From NCBI GenBank assembly GCA_047495785.1, contig JBLDXI010000046.1, positions 744,001-808,000 of the forward strand: 64,000 bases of DNA, given 5' to 3'. This document shows positions 25,268-37,289 of the stretch, piece by piece. Under the pieces are notes generated by a model. The model was not told the origin of the DNA. It made no database searches and saw only the letters and a list, made by a program, of their open reading frames with translations. Origin of the DNA: Lepidodermella squamata (Eukaryota > Animalia > Gastrotricha). Both the position numbers and the translations under genes were made by a program. The number at the start of each line of letters is the position of its first letter. The first letter of the stretch is position 1.

Positions 25268-26588
25268 ATGTTGCCAAGCTCGTCCCGCGCTGTTCCCTGG
25301 CCATCGATTGCAACAAATTTGATGGTAAGTAAAACTTTTGACTGTTGAAATTTTTCTATAGGGTGCCAACTTTCATACATATTTATGTTTGACAAAATCA
25401 CCTTTTATACCTATTTTGTTCATTCAACTCGAGCTGGAAACTTTATGAAAAATGAATATTTATGAAAGGTAAAAATGTCATAAACAAATAATATGTATGA
25501 AAGAGCACTTCGTTTATTTTTGTTATTTTTCAGCTTTTTACTTGGCCTAAATTTTTGTTATTGCTTTCAGGCAACAATCTTGACGTTGTACTTGGATGGG
25601 CGCCCAGTCGCCAACGCTCGTGTCGTAGGCAACACGGTTGGTCCACCTAAATTTTTTATGTCTAGTCTCTCTTAGCTAAAGAGGTCACTGTAGAGTAGTT
25701 TTTCCTTAAATAAACTAGCTTTTGTTTTCATAAGCTGAAACTCAATTTGTTGTACGCTTTCACCTGTAAAAATCGTTCAAATCTAATTGATTGCTTACGG
25801 GACTGCGACACAAGTCTGATATTTTTACATCACGCTCTAGATTTACATCGAAGGCTGGGGCGAGTATCCCATGGTTGCTCTGGATCCTGAACGGAAGGTA
25901 ATTTCGGAAGATACCCCACGATGGACTAATTCCATTGTTGAAAGAATTTCAGGTTCTAGTGATACGACAATGCACTGGCAGTTCAACATTATGTAAGGAT
26001 ATATGAATTTGTAATAAAATTTAATTCTGATTGATCGTGCGCCTTTAGATGTCTATGGCTTCGAAGAACCGGGTCCTCCTACTCAGGTGAGTGCCACTCG
26101 TTCGAAGCAAGTTTTGAGGTCCAAAGGTCCAAGGTGTAATACACTCGACCCGATTAAGGCGTAACTGTAATTCAAACTAATAAAAAGCATGTTTTTTAGC
26201 CACGCCAGAATCCCGGTGAAAATTCAGTCGCATTCCACAATGAAACCACCGATTTGGTAAAAAAAAATGAATTGCCTAAATATTACGTCTTAATGCAGGT
26301 TTTTTTGCAGGTTAACATTCCGAAGGTTTGTCTTATCAGCAATTAGTCTCAAAAGTGATATGAAAATGTCGATAACAGCTGGACAAGAATGTTCACCGGA
26401 TGACAAATGCATCTCAGACGATTGTTAGTGACGAAAGCGGGCTTGTAGTTGACGCCATTCGCTCAAACAGCGAGCCTTCCACATCTCGAGCCGATCAGCC
26501 TAGATCGGTGAGCTTATAGACATATTTCTGCAATTCTGGAGCCTGTAATATTCTTTATTTTTAGGTTAAACTTGCGAAAATCTCCAAG
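25268..26588 (+). CDS. Paralog P5 (3' end unresolved; may splice into P6)
   Basis: Exons 25268-25324 (MLPSSSRAVPWPSIATNLM, homologous to P8/P9 exon 1), 25571-25636, 25841-25897 (IYIEGWGEYPMVALDPERK), 25953-25992, 26049-26086, 26200-26256, 26311-26325, 26379-26507, 26565-26588. Confidence 0.7.
25361..25512. mobile_element. Short inverted copy of the 7724-8143 MITE family
   Basis: gggtgccaactttcatacatatttatg ... atgtatgaaagagcacttcg match the two ends of 7724-8143. Confidence 0.6.
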
Positions 26589-26644
26589 GTTTGTGTTACC
26601 ATACTGTGCGTGGCAATAGTTACGAGCAAATATATGCTAAATTA

Positions 26645-27368
26645 CTGTACAGCCCTCATTTCTCGCGCACCCCAAATTTTCACGCAAAAACCTATTTTCA
26701 CTCGGTTTCAATTTTCGCGCGATTGAAGGCTCACCTGCTTCGTAATTTAGATATGCGCAGCCAAAAAAAAATCGCACTAAAATTTGGTCTCGTGTCACAC
26801 CTCGTGTCACTCGAGAACGGTGATAGCTAGGAAGCAGCACTCAACGTTCATCAACGTGATGAGATCTACCTAGAAATGCATTCAGTTGGGTTATAGGTGA
26901 TACTTCGTGCAAAAAGCGATTTTCATGGTACATCATTACTGCAGTTTGGGGACAATCCCAAAACAGAATCCTAGCTTTTCACCAAACCGACGAGTCACTG
27001 GTCATTTATCCGTTTTCACCGAATTTATAAGATTTCCCAGCGCGGAGATATGCCTTTTAGGCAGCCTGGGGTTGTGGCCACCCTGCAGGATTTTTTAAAT
27101 GTAGGGCGGTCAAAAAAAGCTACCATTGGGTTCTAATAGGTTAACTTGGTTTGAAAATATAAAGGACAAGCCTCAACCCAATGATTAACCTTCAAGTCGA
27201 GGTCTCCCGACTGACTACGGTAACTAGTATTTCGGTAACTACCGGTAATTCTTCTCATAGTGTCTTCTCATATCATATTCTCTCAATTTATGCTTGCAGA
27301 GTCAAGTCGTAAATTTTCGTGCGAGAGGTATTGCGAGCGAAATTGCGCGAAAATTGAGGGTTAAACAG
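26645..27368. mobile_element. Tc1/mariner-type MITE (TA TSD)
   Basis: TA|ctgtacagccctcatttctcgcgca ... tgcgcgaaaattgagggttaaacag|TA. Confidence 0.6.
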
Positions 27369-27737
27369 TATAGTCTTCCGAGTCCTGAAAGCTGGTTAGA
27401 TAATAAGTAGTATAATTTATTTTCCCAGAGTCTATGATATGTCATAGCGCAACTGATTTATTCTCCATGCTGATCGGCATTTTTAAACGCCGAAGTGTTA
27501 AGTAAGACCAAACTGCATGTTGTAGGTTACTATTTGGCCATTTTGTGCTTTTGTTGCGATAAGCTGTCTATGTTTGAGATCATTTGGATTTTTCCATGTA
27601 CTTGTGCTATTATTTCGCAATTATACTTATGCACCACAGGATTAGCACTTCTTTTGGTTCAGTATGAATAATTCAGTTGTTTCTGTTTTTCGCTTCGGAA
27701 ATGTCACCCAATAATTTCATTTTTTCTTTTGTTGCAG

Positions 27738-29855
27738 GTCGTCGATTTGTACGACCGAAATGGGAAGTCATTCTCCCGCGCTCGCCTCGAAGGCAACAAA
27801 GTTTGTCAAATGCCCAACTTTTATAAGCATAGCCCTATGAGTAGGATTAACGATAACCTTGAATTACCTACTGAATGACTATCGAGAATCTTCAGAACTG
27901 CGAAAATTCTGCTATGAATGTAATTATTGAGCAGAGATGTGTATATTTAGATGGATTATTATTCCAAGTGATTGTTTATCAGACTGCGTTATTTATTTGA
28001 CTTCAGGTTTATTTGGAGAGCTACGGCTGGAGCGAGTTTCAACTGCTTTCTTTGAATGCTGAGGAAAAGGTGATTTCAAGAAATACCTCATATGAAAGAC
28101 CCATTTTATCTTTGAAAACATTTTCAGACAGTGGAAATAACACCATCGGACTTGACTACCATCTATGACTATAAGGAAGTATCTGTTACTCATCAGCAGG
28201 TGAGTGCTACTCGCTGAAAGCCTGTTTCTTTAATTGGATGCAAGATACAGACCTGATTAAGGCTAATGAATGCTGTTTAAATGATAAACACATGTTTCAT
28301 GTTTGCAGAGTGATATTCCCGTGTTGCTGCAGCCGATCATTAATAATTACGAGAACGACATTGAATCGGTTGTTATGGTGTATTGTACTGTTTTGTGTTG
28401 ACATTTCTTTTACTGTTATCTAGAATGAATCACTTAGCGACATCTTGTCGGACTCGGGCGAGTCCGACGTGCCTGGACCGTCAACAAGCAAGCGTCCAGC
28501 ATCTCAAAGCAGTCAGCCAGAGGTGGGCTTTGAAACGATTCTTCATCATTGCATTAAATATTATAAAATGTCGAGTTTTTCCGAACTTCGAGGGCCGATT
28601 TTTCTCTGACCATTAGTTATTTCCCATTTTATTTATGAGCCACGCTATTTGAAATGGATAATCTGATAAACTCCGATTTTAACGATTTCCAAATTTTAAA
28701 TTATAAAATGACCGGTAACAGGTGAAAAGTACGGATTGGCGTAATTTCTCTATTTTCCACAAAATCGCAAAACATTTGTTGACTTCAACTGGGTTTTTCT
28801 TGAGGATTTCGAATTTCCAAAATTCAGATATCTAGAAGGCTCCCATCCACCTTAAACGACGGGAGTGTCGTCGAAAAGGCTTATCGATATAGGTCGATAT
28901 AGTGTAAGCACTAGCTCGATTTCATCGAAAATTTCGAACATCCAGCGCGATTCTGCACTCCAGATCACCTTAAAAAAATCTAGACTGCGCAATAAAAAAT
29001 GACATCGGAATTTAGGAATTGAATTTTTAATTGATGCAATAAAATTGAATTTTTTGGGGGAGAATTAAAAAAAAATCCGCATTTTCCACGGTTACAATTT
29101 GAAGCCCATTTTCTCAGCAACCCTGATGGCTGTCGACCTCTTTTGATATCGTTCGACTCCTCGGTTATTGATCTTGAAAGCTACATCAAAACCTCGCAAT
29201 GTCAAACCCCACTTTTCAATTGTTAACGGTAAAATTGTTTTCGATAGTAGGACCTAGTTGAAAATTCTCACGTCTCGAGAAGTAAAGTTTTTCTTGTTAT
29301 TTTCAGCTTGTGCAGCTCTCGCACGAGAAATGCGAAGAAGGACGCTGCGACTTGCAGGTATTTTCGGCCAAGTTTGCTTACTTGTACGATATTGATGTTA
29401 ATTTTGAACAGAAAAAATGTTTGAGTAAATATGATGGTGAGCTGAAAGTTTTTTTGGCCGACTACAACCCTAAAGTGTACAACAAACACGTGACTCTTAC
29501 CGTCATCACCATCATACGTATGGCTGTTCAGCAATTCATGGGCAATTTTACGAACCAGACTATCAAAAACCTTGCTCTGGAAGTTTACAACATGCATCCG
29601 GAACATATGATTCACGTCGACGTAAGTGGCCGGTTTGCCCGGAAGCCGAAGTTAGACAAGTCGAATCAGTTTGCGACTAACTTGAAGAAAAAATTCCTGG
29701 CCGCTCGTTATACAGAGTGTCCGAAGAATAAGCCTGGGCCGGGAAAGTCTATAATCCCGTTCGCATCGGAACCAATCAGGGAGACAGCGTTTTCCGAGAC
29801 GAAAGACGGGTGCCAAATCTGCAAACTCCGTCGTGGTGTGGCAAAACAGCACTGA
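27738..29855 (+). CDS. Paralog P6: beta module, linker, extra H/C motif and H..H..CxxC domain
   Basis: Exons 27738-27800 (VVDLYDRNGKSFSRARLEGNK), 28007-28069, 28128-28199, 28309-28368, 28424-28522, 29307-29357, 29412-29855 (...NKH...PEHMIH...SETKDGCQIC). All phase 0. Confidence 0.8.
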
Positions 29856-31228
29856 TGGTAACACGTAACACGTAACACGTCTCTGGCTAATACCGTAAAA
29901 TTGGAACTAGAACATTGCTATTGCTGTTATGAAGATGTTATGAACATGTGTTTGATGAAGTTTTTATCAGTGCTGTTTTGTCAAATCGTGAATGGCACAT
30001 ATTACTGACTGATTGAAATTCATTTTTATTCCAGTTTGGTATGAATTGTTGCGCCTCGTGATTGTTTCCACTGCAAAATGGCGTACGGGTGATCAAACGA
30101 GTTTCCTTGTGTTTTGAATGTTAGCCCGTTGCAGTGCTAGATTTTATTTAAAGATGGCCATTTTGATGAGACGAAGAAGTGGTGCGTGACTGCTGATCAA
30201 ATCGATTTACCCAATTAAAGCGGTTTTATAATTAAAAAATAAAATATTTTATCTCTCAAACCTTTCTATTTAGGGTGTTTTTTTATTCCCCACTGCGCCC
30301 GGGAAGATCCGGCGGATTGTACGGGCGAGCAGTAAAAAAAATCCGGGCTTTGCGGGCGTGTGTGCATTTTTTTATTCCCCGGATTTTCCTTCCGGGCGGC
30401 GAGTCAAAATGGGCTCTTTTCGAAGGTGGATCAGACCTACATCCAAGCTGGCCAAATTTATAAAATTGGGATAAGACCGCTTTAGAACGTTCCCCAGTAT
30501 AGTTCAAACCCAATAGCATTCAAATTTGATTAAAAAATATTCAAATTTAATTGCGATTTAAAAATACAATATCTTCATTTTTTCGACGGTATTTGAGTGA
30601 CTTGGTGTAAGTTGAACCGATTGCGGAAAATTTGTCAAATTTTAGGCTCATTTGCATAAAGTCTCAACAAATTGCTATAGCCTCTAAAATTCCGAGAAGT
30701 ATTTGGATTTCTGGGGAAAAATCGCCTGTGATATAAATAATTTTAGTACAGTTATTGATGAAAAAAAATCAAGAATTAATTTGGCTAAAATTCAGCGGAG
30801 TTTTCGTGAATCACCTCGAAATCTTGAATTTTCCAGAAAATTAAGCTAAAATTATTCCGGGTTTCCCAACAAGAATTAATGTATTGTTCCCAGCTCCCTG
30901 TGTTCTCTGGGATCCTAGCTGTTAGTTGCATACTCTGGTACCCGCCCGCCATTCACCACCTGGTCACCCTGGATTCTCAAAGTTCCCCCAAAACATAGCA
31001 TTCTGGCTGATTTTAGAGTTTAGTTTCCATTTCCCGGGTTCCGGAGACTCACCCTCCCATCTCAGGTTGTCATGGTGCCCAAATAAGATTCCCCATGGTA
31101 TAAATTTTACTACAATTAACATATAGCACCCCTACTGCTCATGGAGTACTCAATATACATTCAGCCAATGATATTCAGCTAGGTACATGCTGAGTTCCTA
31201 AAACCTATCTAGCCTCACTATGTTTATA

Positions 31229-32030
31229 CAGTAAAACCTCCATAATTTAGACACCTTCCGTAGAGGCTTAAAACCGTCTAATACTGGAGCTGTCTAAGGT
31301 ACAGAAAGTCCGAACAAAAGTTATCTTTGTTACTCCATTTTAACAGAAAATGATTTAATTGTGATTCGTTTTTTGTTAACGCGACCGTAGACCCAATTTC
31401 GAAATCTAAAAAAGCCACATGTTTGACAAGTGTCGAATTTTCTTTATAATTAATGAATCAACGTTCGATTTTCAAAAATGCCCAAATAATCGATAAAATG
31501 CATTTAAGTTCGCTCTAACTATCAAATTGTAGAGCGCAATCTGGTTTACACGGACCACTAAAATACCGCTTCCATTTCGATTCAATTAGAGGTGTAAATC
31601 TATTTTTTCTGCATCAGTGACATTCTATTAATCTTTAATTTCAGTGGTTCATATTTGTCCTAAAATTAGCGGGCTAATGGACGATCTCTATTGAATGATG
31701 TCTATGAGCGACATAAACACCGCGGTTGGATGCCTGAATTGCAGTTCGGCGGTAGAAACAACAATTTGTTCCGCTTTTTTCGAGCCATCACTTGGAAAAA
31801 TTGGATAATTAGTTAATCTAGTCTGAATTAAAATTTAGTGTCTAACTTGTAGAAGTTTTTTTTACATTGATTAACCTATGCTGCGTGCCCGCATGCGCCC
31901 TGTCTAACGTGGAGTGTCTAATTTGGCTCGTGTCTAAATTATAGAAAGAGCACAACATGTGTTACACTCAGAAACGTCTAAACATGGAGGTGTCTAATTT
32001 ATAGACATCTAATTTATGGAGGTTTTACTG
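31229..32030. mobile_element. pogo/Tigger-like MITE, 802 bp
   Basis: TA|CAGTAAAACCTCCATAATTTAGA ... TCTAATTTATGGAGGTTTTACTG|TA, with subterminal GTCTAA repeats. Confidence 0.9.
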
Positions 32031-32698
32031 TAGTTTGTGACTTGGTTTCAGGTAGCCTACCCTCTATTCAGACATTGTCTACGTAAATTTGTGAAAATCC
32101 AATGTTTTTTCGATCTTTTTAAAAAATTTCATGCTCGCCGTAGCACCTAAAAGTGCTACGTAGTACTGTGATAGCACTGTAGTAGCACTCACCGTAGCTC
32201 TGCCGTAGTTGTGTTATATTTGTGCTACCAGTTTCGTATTATGGAGATTATTTATCCTGAGTAACATATTAGGGCAAAATTATGTTTAGGGTGTTCAAAA
32301 ATTTTATCGCCTCGAATTTCATCTTTCGGTAATTAGAAGCTTAAATTAAAATTTTTAGGCTATAATAGGAGGCTCCCAGGGTCCTAAATGCCCGAGTAAA
32401 AGTCGGTTAAATAGCAAATGAATTGCGACTTTTTTTATAGGGTGGATGTTCCTGAATGCTAAATAGCGAACTTTTTTGCAGTGCACTTCAATCCCGAGTG
32501 AAAATGACTCATTTTTATTTTCCGGTGTCTATTTTTTTCGGCCAAGAGAGGCATCTCGTTTTTTCTCTCACGCTGGTTGGCGAGGGGGAGCACAGGTTGG
32601 AGTTAATAAGCTTATCTACCAGGCCAAAAATGCAAGCCACGCAGACCCGCCACGCACTAACAGGTTTTTAATGCATTAATTAAACTCATCTGGGGATA

Positions 32699-34104
32699 TA
32701 TAATATTCATTTGACGCCGTTGGAATGTGTACCTAGTGTAGCTCGCGAGTGATGTTGGAGCGTCACGCCCTAAATTCGGCCATATTTGTTATTTGTTATT
32801 TTTATAGAAGTAAGCACTCGATTAAACCTGGTATACGTGAAATAAGCGGTCTGATGGGTAAGATCTCAGAAAAGCACGGTTCCTAAACTCGATTTTGAGC
32901 TTAAATTGTGACGGCTAATCGGGACGAAAAAGCCGTGGATAAGTTGTGGTGGTTCTTGCTGTTTTCTCTTGTAAAACCTTCTTCTCAATCTACTCTCCTA
33001 TTTGAATACAAAAACCTGTGGTGCAACCACGGGTTTTTTTCGAGAAAAGTGCGAGAAAAGATGCAAAATCCTCACTTATTCTTCGATTCGGACTTGATTC
33101 GGAAGTGTAGGGAAAGGACTGAAAAGCCGTGGATCAACACCGCATTTACTGGCGATTTCTTACTTCCTAAGTAAGATCTTGTTGTGCTCTACTAGAAAAC
33201 GTGAAAAAACTGTGGTAGAACTCATTCTGTTCCTTGCAGCAAAGCCCCAAATGACTCCAGGTCGTGCATTTTCGAGGTGTTGTGTCTGCCGTAGTGAGTG
33301 CTATTCAGGACGAAAAAGTCGTGGATAAGTTGGGGTGGATCTTGCTGTTTTCCCTGTTAAAACCTTCCTCCGAACACCTTCTGCTATTTGACTACAAAAA
33401 GCTATGGTGCACCCATGGGTTTTTTCGAGGTAAGAGCGACTAAAAACACCAAATTTTCACTTTGTCCTCGATTTGCAAGCTGAGAGGGAAAAGACTGAAA
33501 AGCCGTGGATAACCACCATATTAACTGGCTATTTCTTACTTCCTTGGTAAGCTCTTAATGTGCCCTACTCGAAAATGTGAAAAAACTGTGGTCGAACCTG
33601 TTTTGTTTCTTGAATCAGGGCCTTCAAAGACGCTAGGGGATGCATATTTCCTAGGTTTTTGCACTTTCAGGTCGCCTAGCGGTGAAAAATCCATGGTTGC
33701 CTATGCATTTCTATTCATTTTATGATACTTTCAACTATTCTCTATCATTTTAGCTGAAAAGTGCGCGGTAAAATCCGCAAAAAGTATGCAGTGAGCACCC
33801 CCGAATCGCGCGGTAACCCGCAACTTGAAATCAATTTTCCCTCAAATCGCATGCGGCAAAACTTTGCAATAAAATAAAAAATAAATTGGAGAATTGATAA
33901 TAAAAATAAGAATTTATCACAAAAATTATATTATTTTAGTTAAATAATTTATTTTTAACAGTTTTTCACAGCAGGAATTTTTATGGGAGGGCGGAGGGAC
34001 CGGACTTTTTTTGCTAAGTGTATAATATTCATTTGACGCCGTTGGAATGTGTACCTAGTGTAGCACGCGAGTGATGTTGGAGCGTCACGCCCTAAATTCG
34101 GCCA
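32699..34104. repeat. 84-bp direct repeats bracketing a 1.24-kb segment that contains a tandem duplication of about 386 bp
   Basis: 32699-32782 vs 34021-34104 (one mismatch); internal units start ggacgaaaaag.cgtggataagttg at about 32922 and 33308. Confidence 0.85.
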
Positions 34105-34638
34105 CTTTTTGGGTTTTTTCCTTCTTTACCAGCCAGGTGAATTTTCACAAAATATTCGGCGAATACAGAATTATGGTTGAGTTCTCAGCCTATCGAATGC
34201 CGGTTTCTGCAAATCCGGACGATTCTACTTTGATTTATCGCTAATTTTATAGTCACCTAGACTCTTGCCAAGAACTAGGTCCTAACTGGGTGTCCTAATT
34301 TCGGCCACCTCATCCAGTTCCGCTATAATGTTTAGTATTATATTTTGAAAACGTAATTCAAAGGAACAGCATTATAACGATATAATTGATTTCCTGAGGA
34401 TTGGAGCCAAGGTCGCAACAAATCAATGGTAAGTAACATTTGAATATTATTTTTTTTGCGAAATTCGCGAAAACCTAAAATTAATGTTTCAAAAATTTCA
34501 AAAAATGGCCGAAAATTACGAATTTTAGTTTCTACTTTGAAATGACCACTCGAAATAAAATCTGCCAAAGTCAGCTGCGTATTTTTTTTACCTTGAGAAG
34601 CTTCACCCGGCTGCATTGTCTGTCATTATTATTTCTAG

Positions 34639-37289
34639 GAAAAATTCTTGGATTTGTACTATGAAGATGGGCGCATGGCCTACTGTGGTGCTCGTGTCGT
34701 AGGTAACAAGGTTAGTCAACTAACTTTTACATGTCTATAGCCTCATTACAGCGTGTCCCATAGGTAAGTTGCGCAACTTTTTTGTACAAAATTCAACTAA
34801 TATTTTATTTTATCAAATTAAATTTACCGAGAGAATATTCCATCTTTTATCCGCGATTTAACCGAAGATATAAAAAATTTACCCGGAAAAAACCCGATGG
34901 TAACTGGTTCGGTAATTTTTGGTATTTTTCCCGTTGGACAATAATTTCCCAGACTTTTTTAATCCAATTGATCCAAAGTGACATATTTGATTACTTTTCT
35001 CGTGATTTTTTGAATTTTTCTGAAATTTTTCGGGCCTCCTATTTTCTTTGCTTGCGTTTATTATGGGACACACTGTATTAATCAAGTCGGATTAACGAAA
35101 TTTATTAAAAAATGTCCCAAGTTTTAAGAGAAGCTTAAAGTTTTAAGAGAGTAAAATGTCCCTTATAATCAAAATCGGAAAGCTAACAGGATCCGCAATT
35201 TATTAATAAAAAAATCGAAAATAAAAGATGCGGAAACCGGTCGAAATCAGTTTGTCCGAACTTGGGTCTAATCGATTTGCCATGGCAAGATGGGCCGGTG
35301 CGGCGAGATTCGAGTCCGTTGGCTGGCGCGGATCAGCTCAGGCAGTTTTGGTGATCCATCAGACGGTTTGAAAATACATATCAGAAATTTTTTCATCGGT
35401 ATATAATACGTTCACATGTAACTGATCGCCTATCAGAGACTGCTTCATAATCTTGCCATTGTACGATCTAGCTTCGTAACGGCTGGGGCGAGTTTGACTT
35501 GGTTTGTTTGGATCCAGAGCGGAAGGTGATTTCACGAGATATTTCATAAAAAAAAAGGACTAATTCCATCTTAACAACATTTTTAGACTCTGGTAATACG
35601 ATCGCTCGATCGCCGATTCCCGCAATTACGTGAGTAATTTTAGCGTCATTTTTACTGGTCTTATCCACGTTTTTAGACATCTACAACTTTGAGGAACCGG
35701 CTGCTCTTGTGAGTGCGATTAATTAATTAGAAATTAATTACAAATACTTGGTTTTTTTTAGCGCAGCATTGTTCAGGCTGAGCCAAACGGTGGAAGCTCG
35801 TCTTTGGTGATGAAAAATTGCTGAAAAATTGCTGTTAAACACATATTTATTGCACGTTTACAGAGTGTTATTTTCGATCTGTTGGAGCAATCTTTCGGTG
35901 CTCTTTCGGATACCGAAACCCCGTTGGTATGCAGTACGGTGATTGAGCCATCCGGCGAGGAGACGAATCCTGGCCAGCCCGGACCGTCAGCTAGCAAGCA
36001 GCCTTCAACATCTCAATCCGATCAGCCTGGATCGGTGGGTTTCTGAACAATTTTGATCATAAAATTTCACGTGGCGATTTTTTTTTGAGAAAATGTCAGC
36101 CAAATTTTTAGGTTTCAAAAATTGAAAAAAAATTGAAATAATATTTTTTTCCGACGGGTGTAATACCGATTGATTTTTCTATTTAAATTTTAAATCGCGC
36201 TGGTGAAATCGCGAATGAAGGATGGGAGGTGATCCTGGTAGGTTTTGTTATCAGAAAATATATACCGTAAATTCAGAAATACAAGCCCAGGCTCCTCTTT
36301 GTCGGACTTAGTAATGCCGCCTGGGCTTATATTTGAATATTTACGGTATAGCATTTTTGCGAAAATTAAAAAAAACGGTACGGAAATTTTAGGAAATTTA
36401 TATACAGTTTGACTTGATAAATTTGTTAGCTATTTTTTAAAATTTAAACCTGCCAAGGGAAGTCAGAGAAAAATCCGCTGATCATTGTTTTTTTACCAAT
36501 TGAAATCGGATTTCTTCGGATTTTTTATTCCTGTTATGAAATTTCATTGCTAATGTTATCATTTTTATACCATTCGATGTGTTGCCTAACACATTTTCAA
36601 TTAATTTTCGAAATTTCAAAGGTTAATATTTTCGACGGTAGAATTTAATTTTCAATAAACTGTTGAAATCGCCTATTTTAGTGGGTAAATGGTCGCTAAA
36701 AGTGGTTCGAGAAATGCATTTTTTATCAGAATTTTTTCAATTTTTCAGAGCGCTGTTGTTCCTGTGGTACTCTCGCACATGGCTTGCAAAATAGGAAGTT
36801 GCGACTGGCAGGTTATTTTCGACTGAAATTTGCTTCATTTTAGTAAATCAGTGTTGAATATAGGAATTGTGTTTAGAAAAATACCCTGGTGATCTGGACA
36901 ATTTTATGGCCGTCTACAAGCCAAGGTCGTACAACAAACACGTGGCTCTCGCGATCATCGCCATCATGCACCAGGCCGTTCAGCAATTCCACGGCGATTT
37001 CCAAGGCACGGATATTAAAAACCTGACCCTGAAAATTTGCGAGATGTATCCGGAACATAAGATTCACGTCGCCGAAAGCGGCCAGGCCTGGGAGCCGCAA
37101 TTTGACAACTCGAATCAGCTGGTGAAGATATTGAAAAAATTTCTGCGGCTCGCTCGTTTCAAAATTTGCCCGAAGAATAAACCCGCGTCGCCAATGTCTC
37201 TGGTTGCGTTAGCCTCTGAAAAAGTCGTTGAAACGGCGTTTTCCGAGACGAAGAGCGACTGCAAAATATGCGTGCCGGGGACGATTTAA
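34639..37289 (+). CDS. Paralog P7, closest to P6 in its C-terminal domain
   Basis: Exons 34639-34710, 35472-35525 (LRNGWGEFDLVCLDPERK), 35587-35629, 35677-35708, 35762-35806, 35864-36034, 36749-36811, 36864-37289 (...NKH...PEHKIH...SETKSDCKIC). Start exon not found. Confidence 0.8.
34749..35075. mobile_element. Tc1/mariner-type MITE, CAGCGTGTCCCATA family
   Basis: TA|cagcgtgtcccata ... tatgggacacactg|TA. Relatives at about 21330, 45793, 53973 and 55240. Confidence 0.85.
36265..36346. mobile_element. 82-bp mariner-type mini-MITE (hairpin)
   Basis: TA|ccgtaaattcagaaatacaagcccagg ... cctgggcttatatttgaatatttacgg|TA. Confidence 0.7.

Noticed and set aside
29590-29825. HPE...CQIC as a cytidine deaminase HxE/PCxxC signature
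   Set aside because: HxE is not conserved in the other four paralogs and there is no PC motif.
32697-34104. TRIM or mini-LTR element
   Set aside because: No TSD, PBS or polypurine tract; only one repeat begins with TG.
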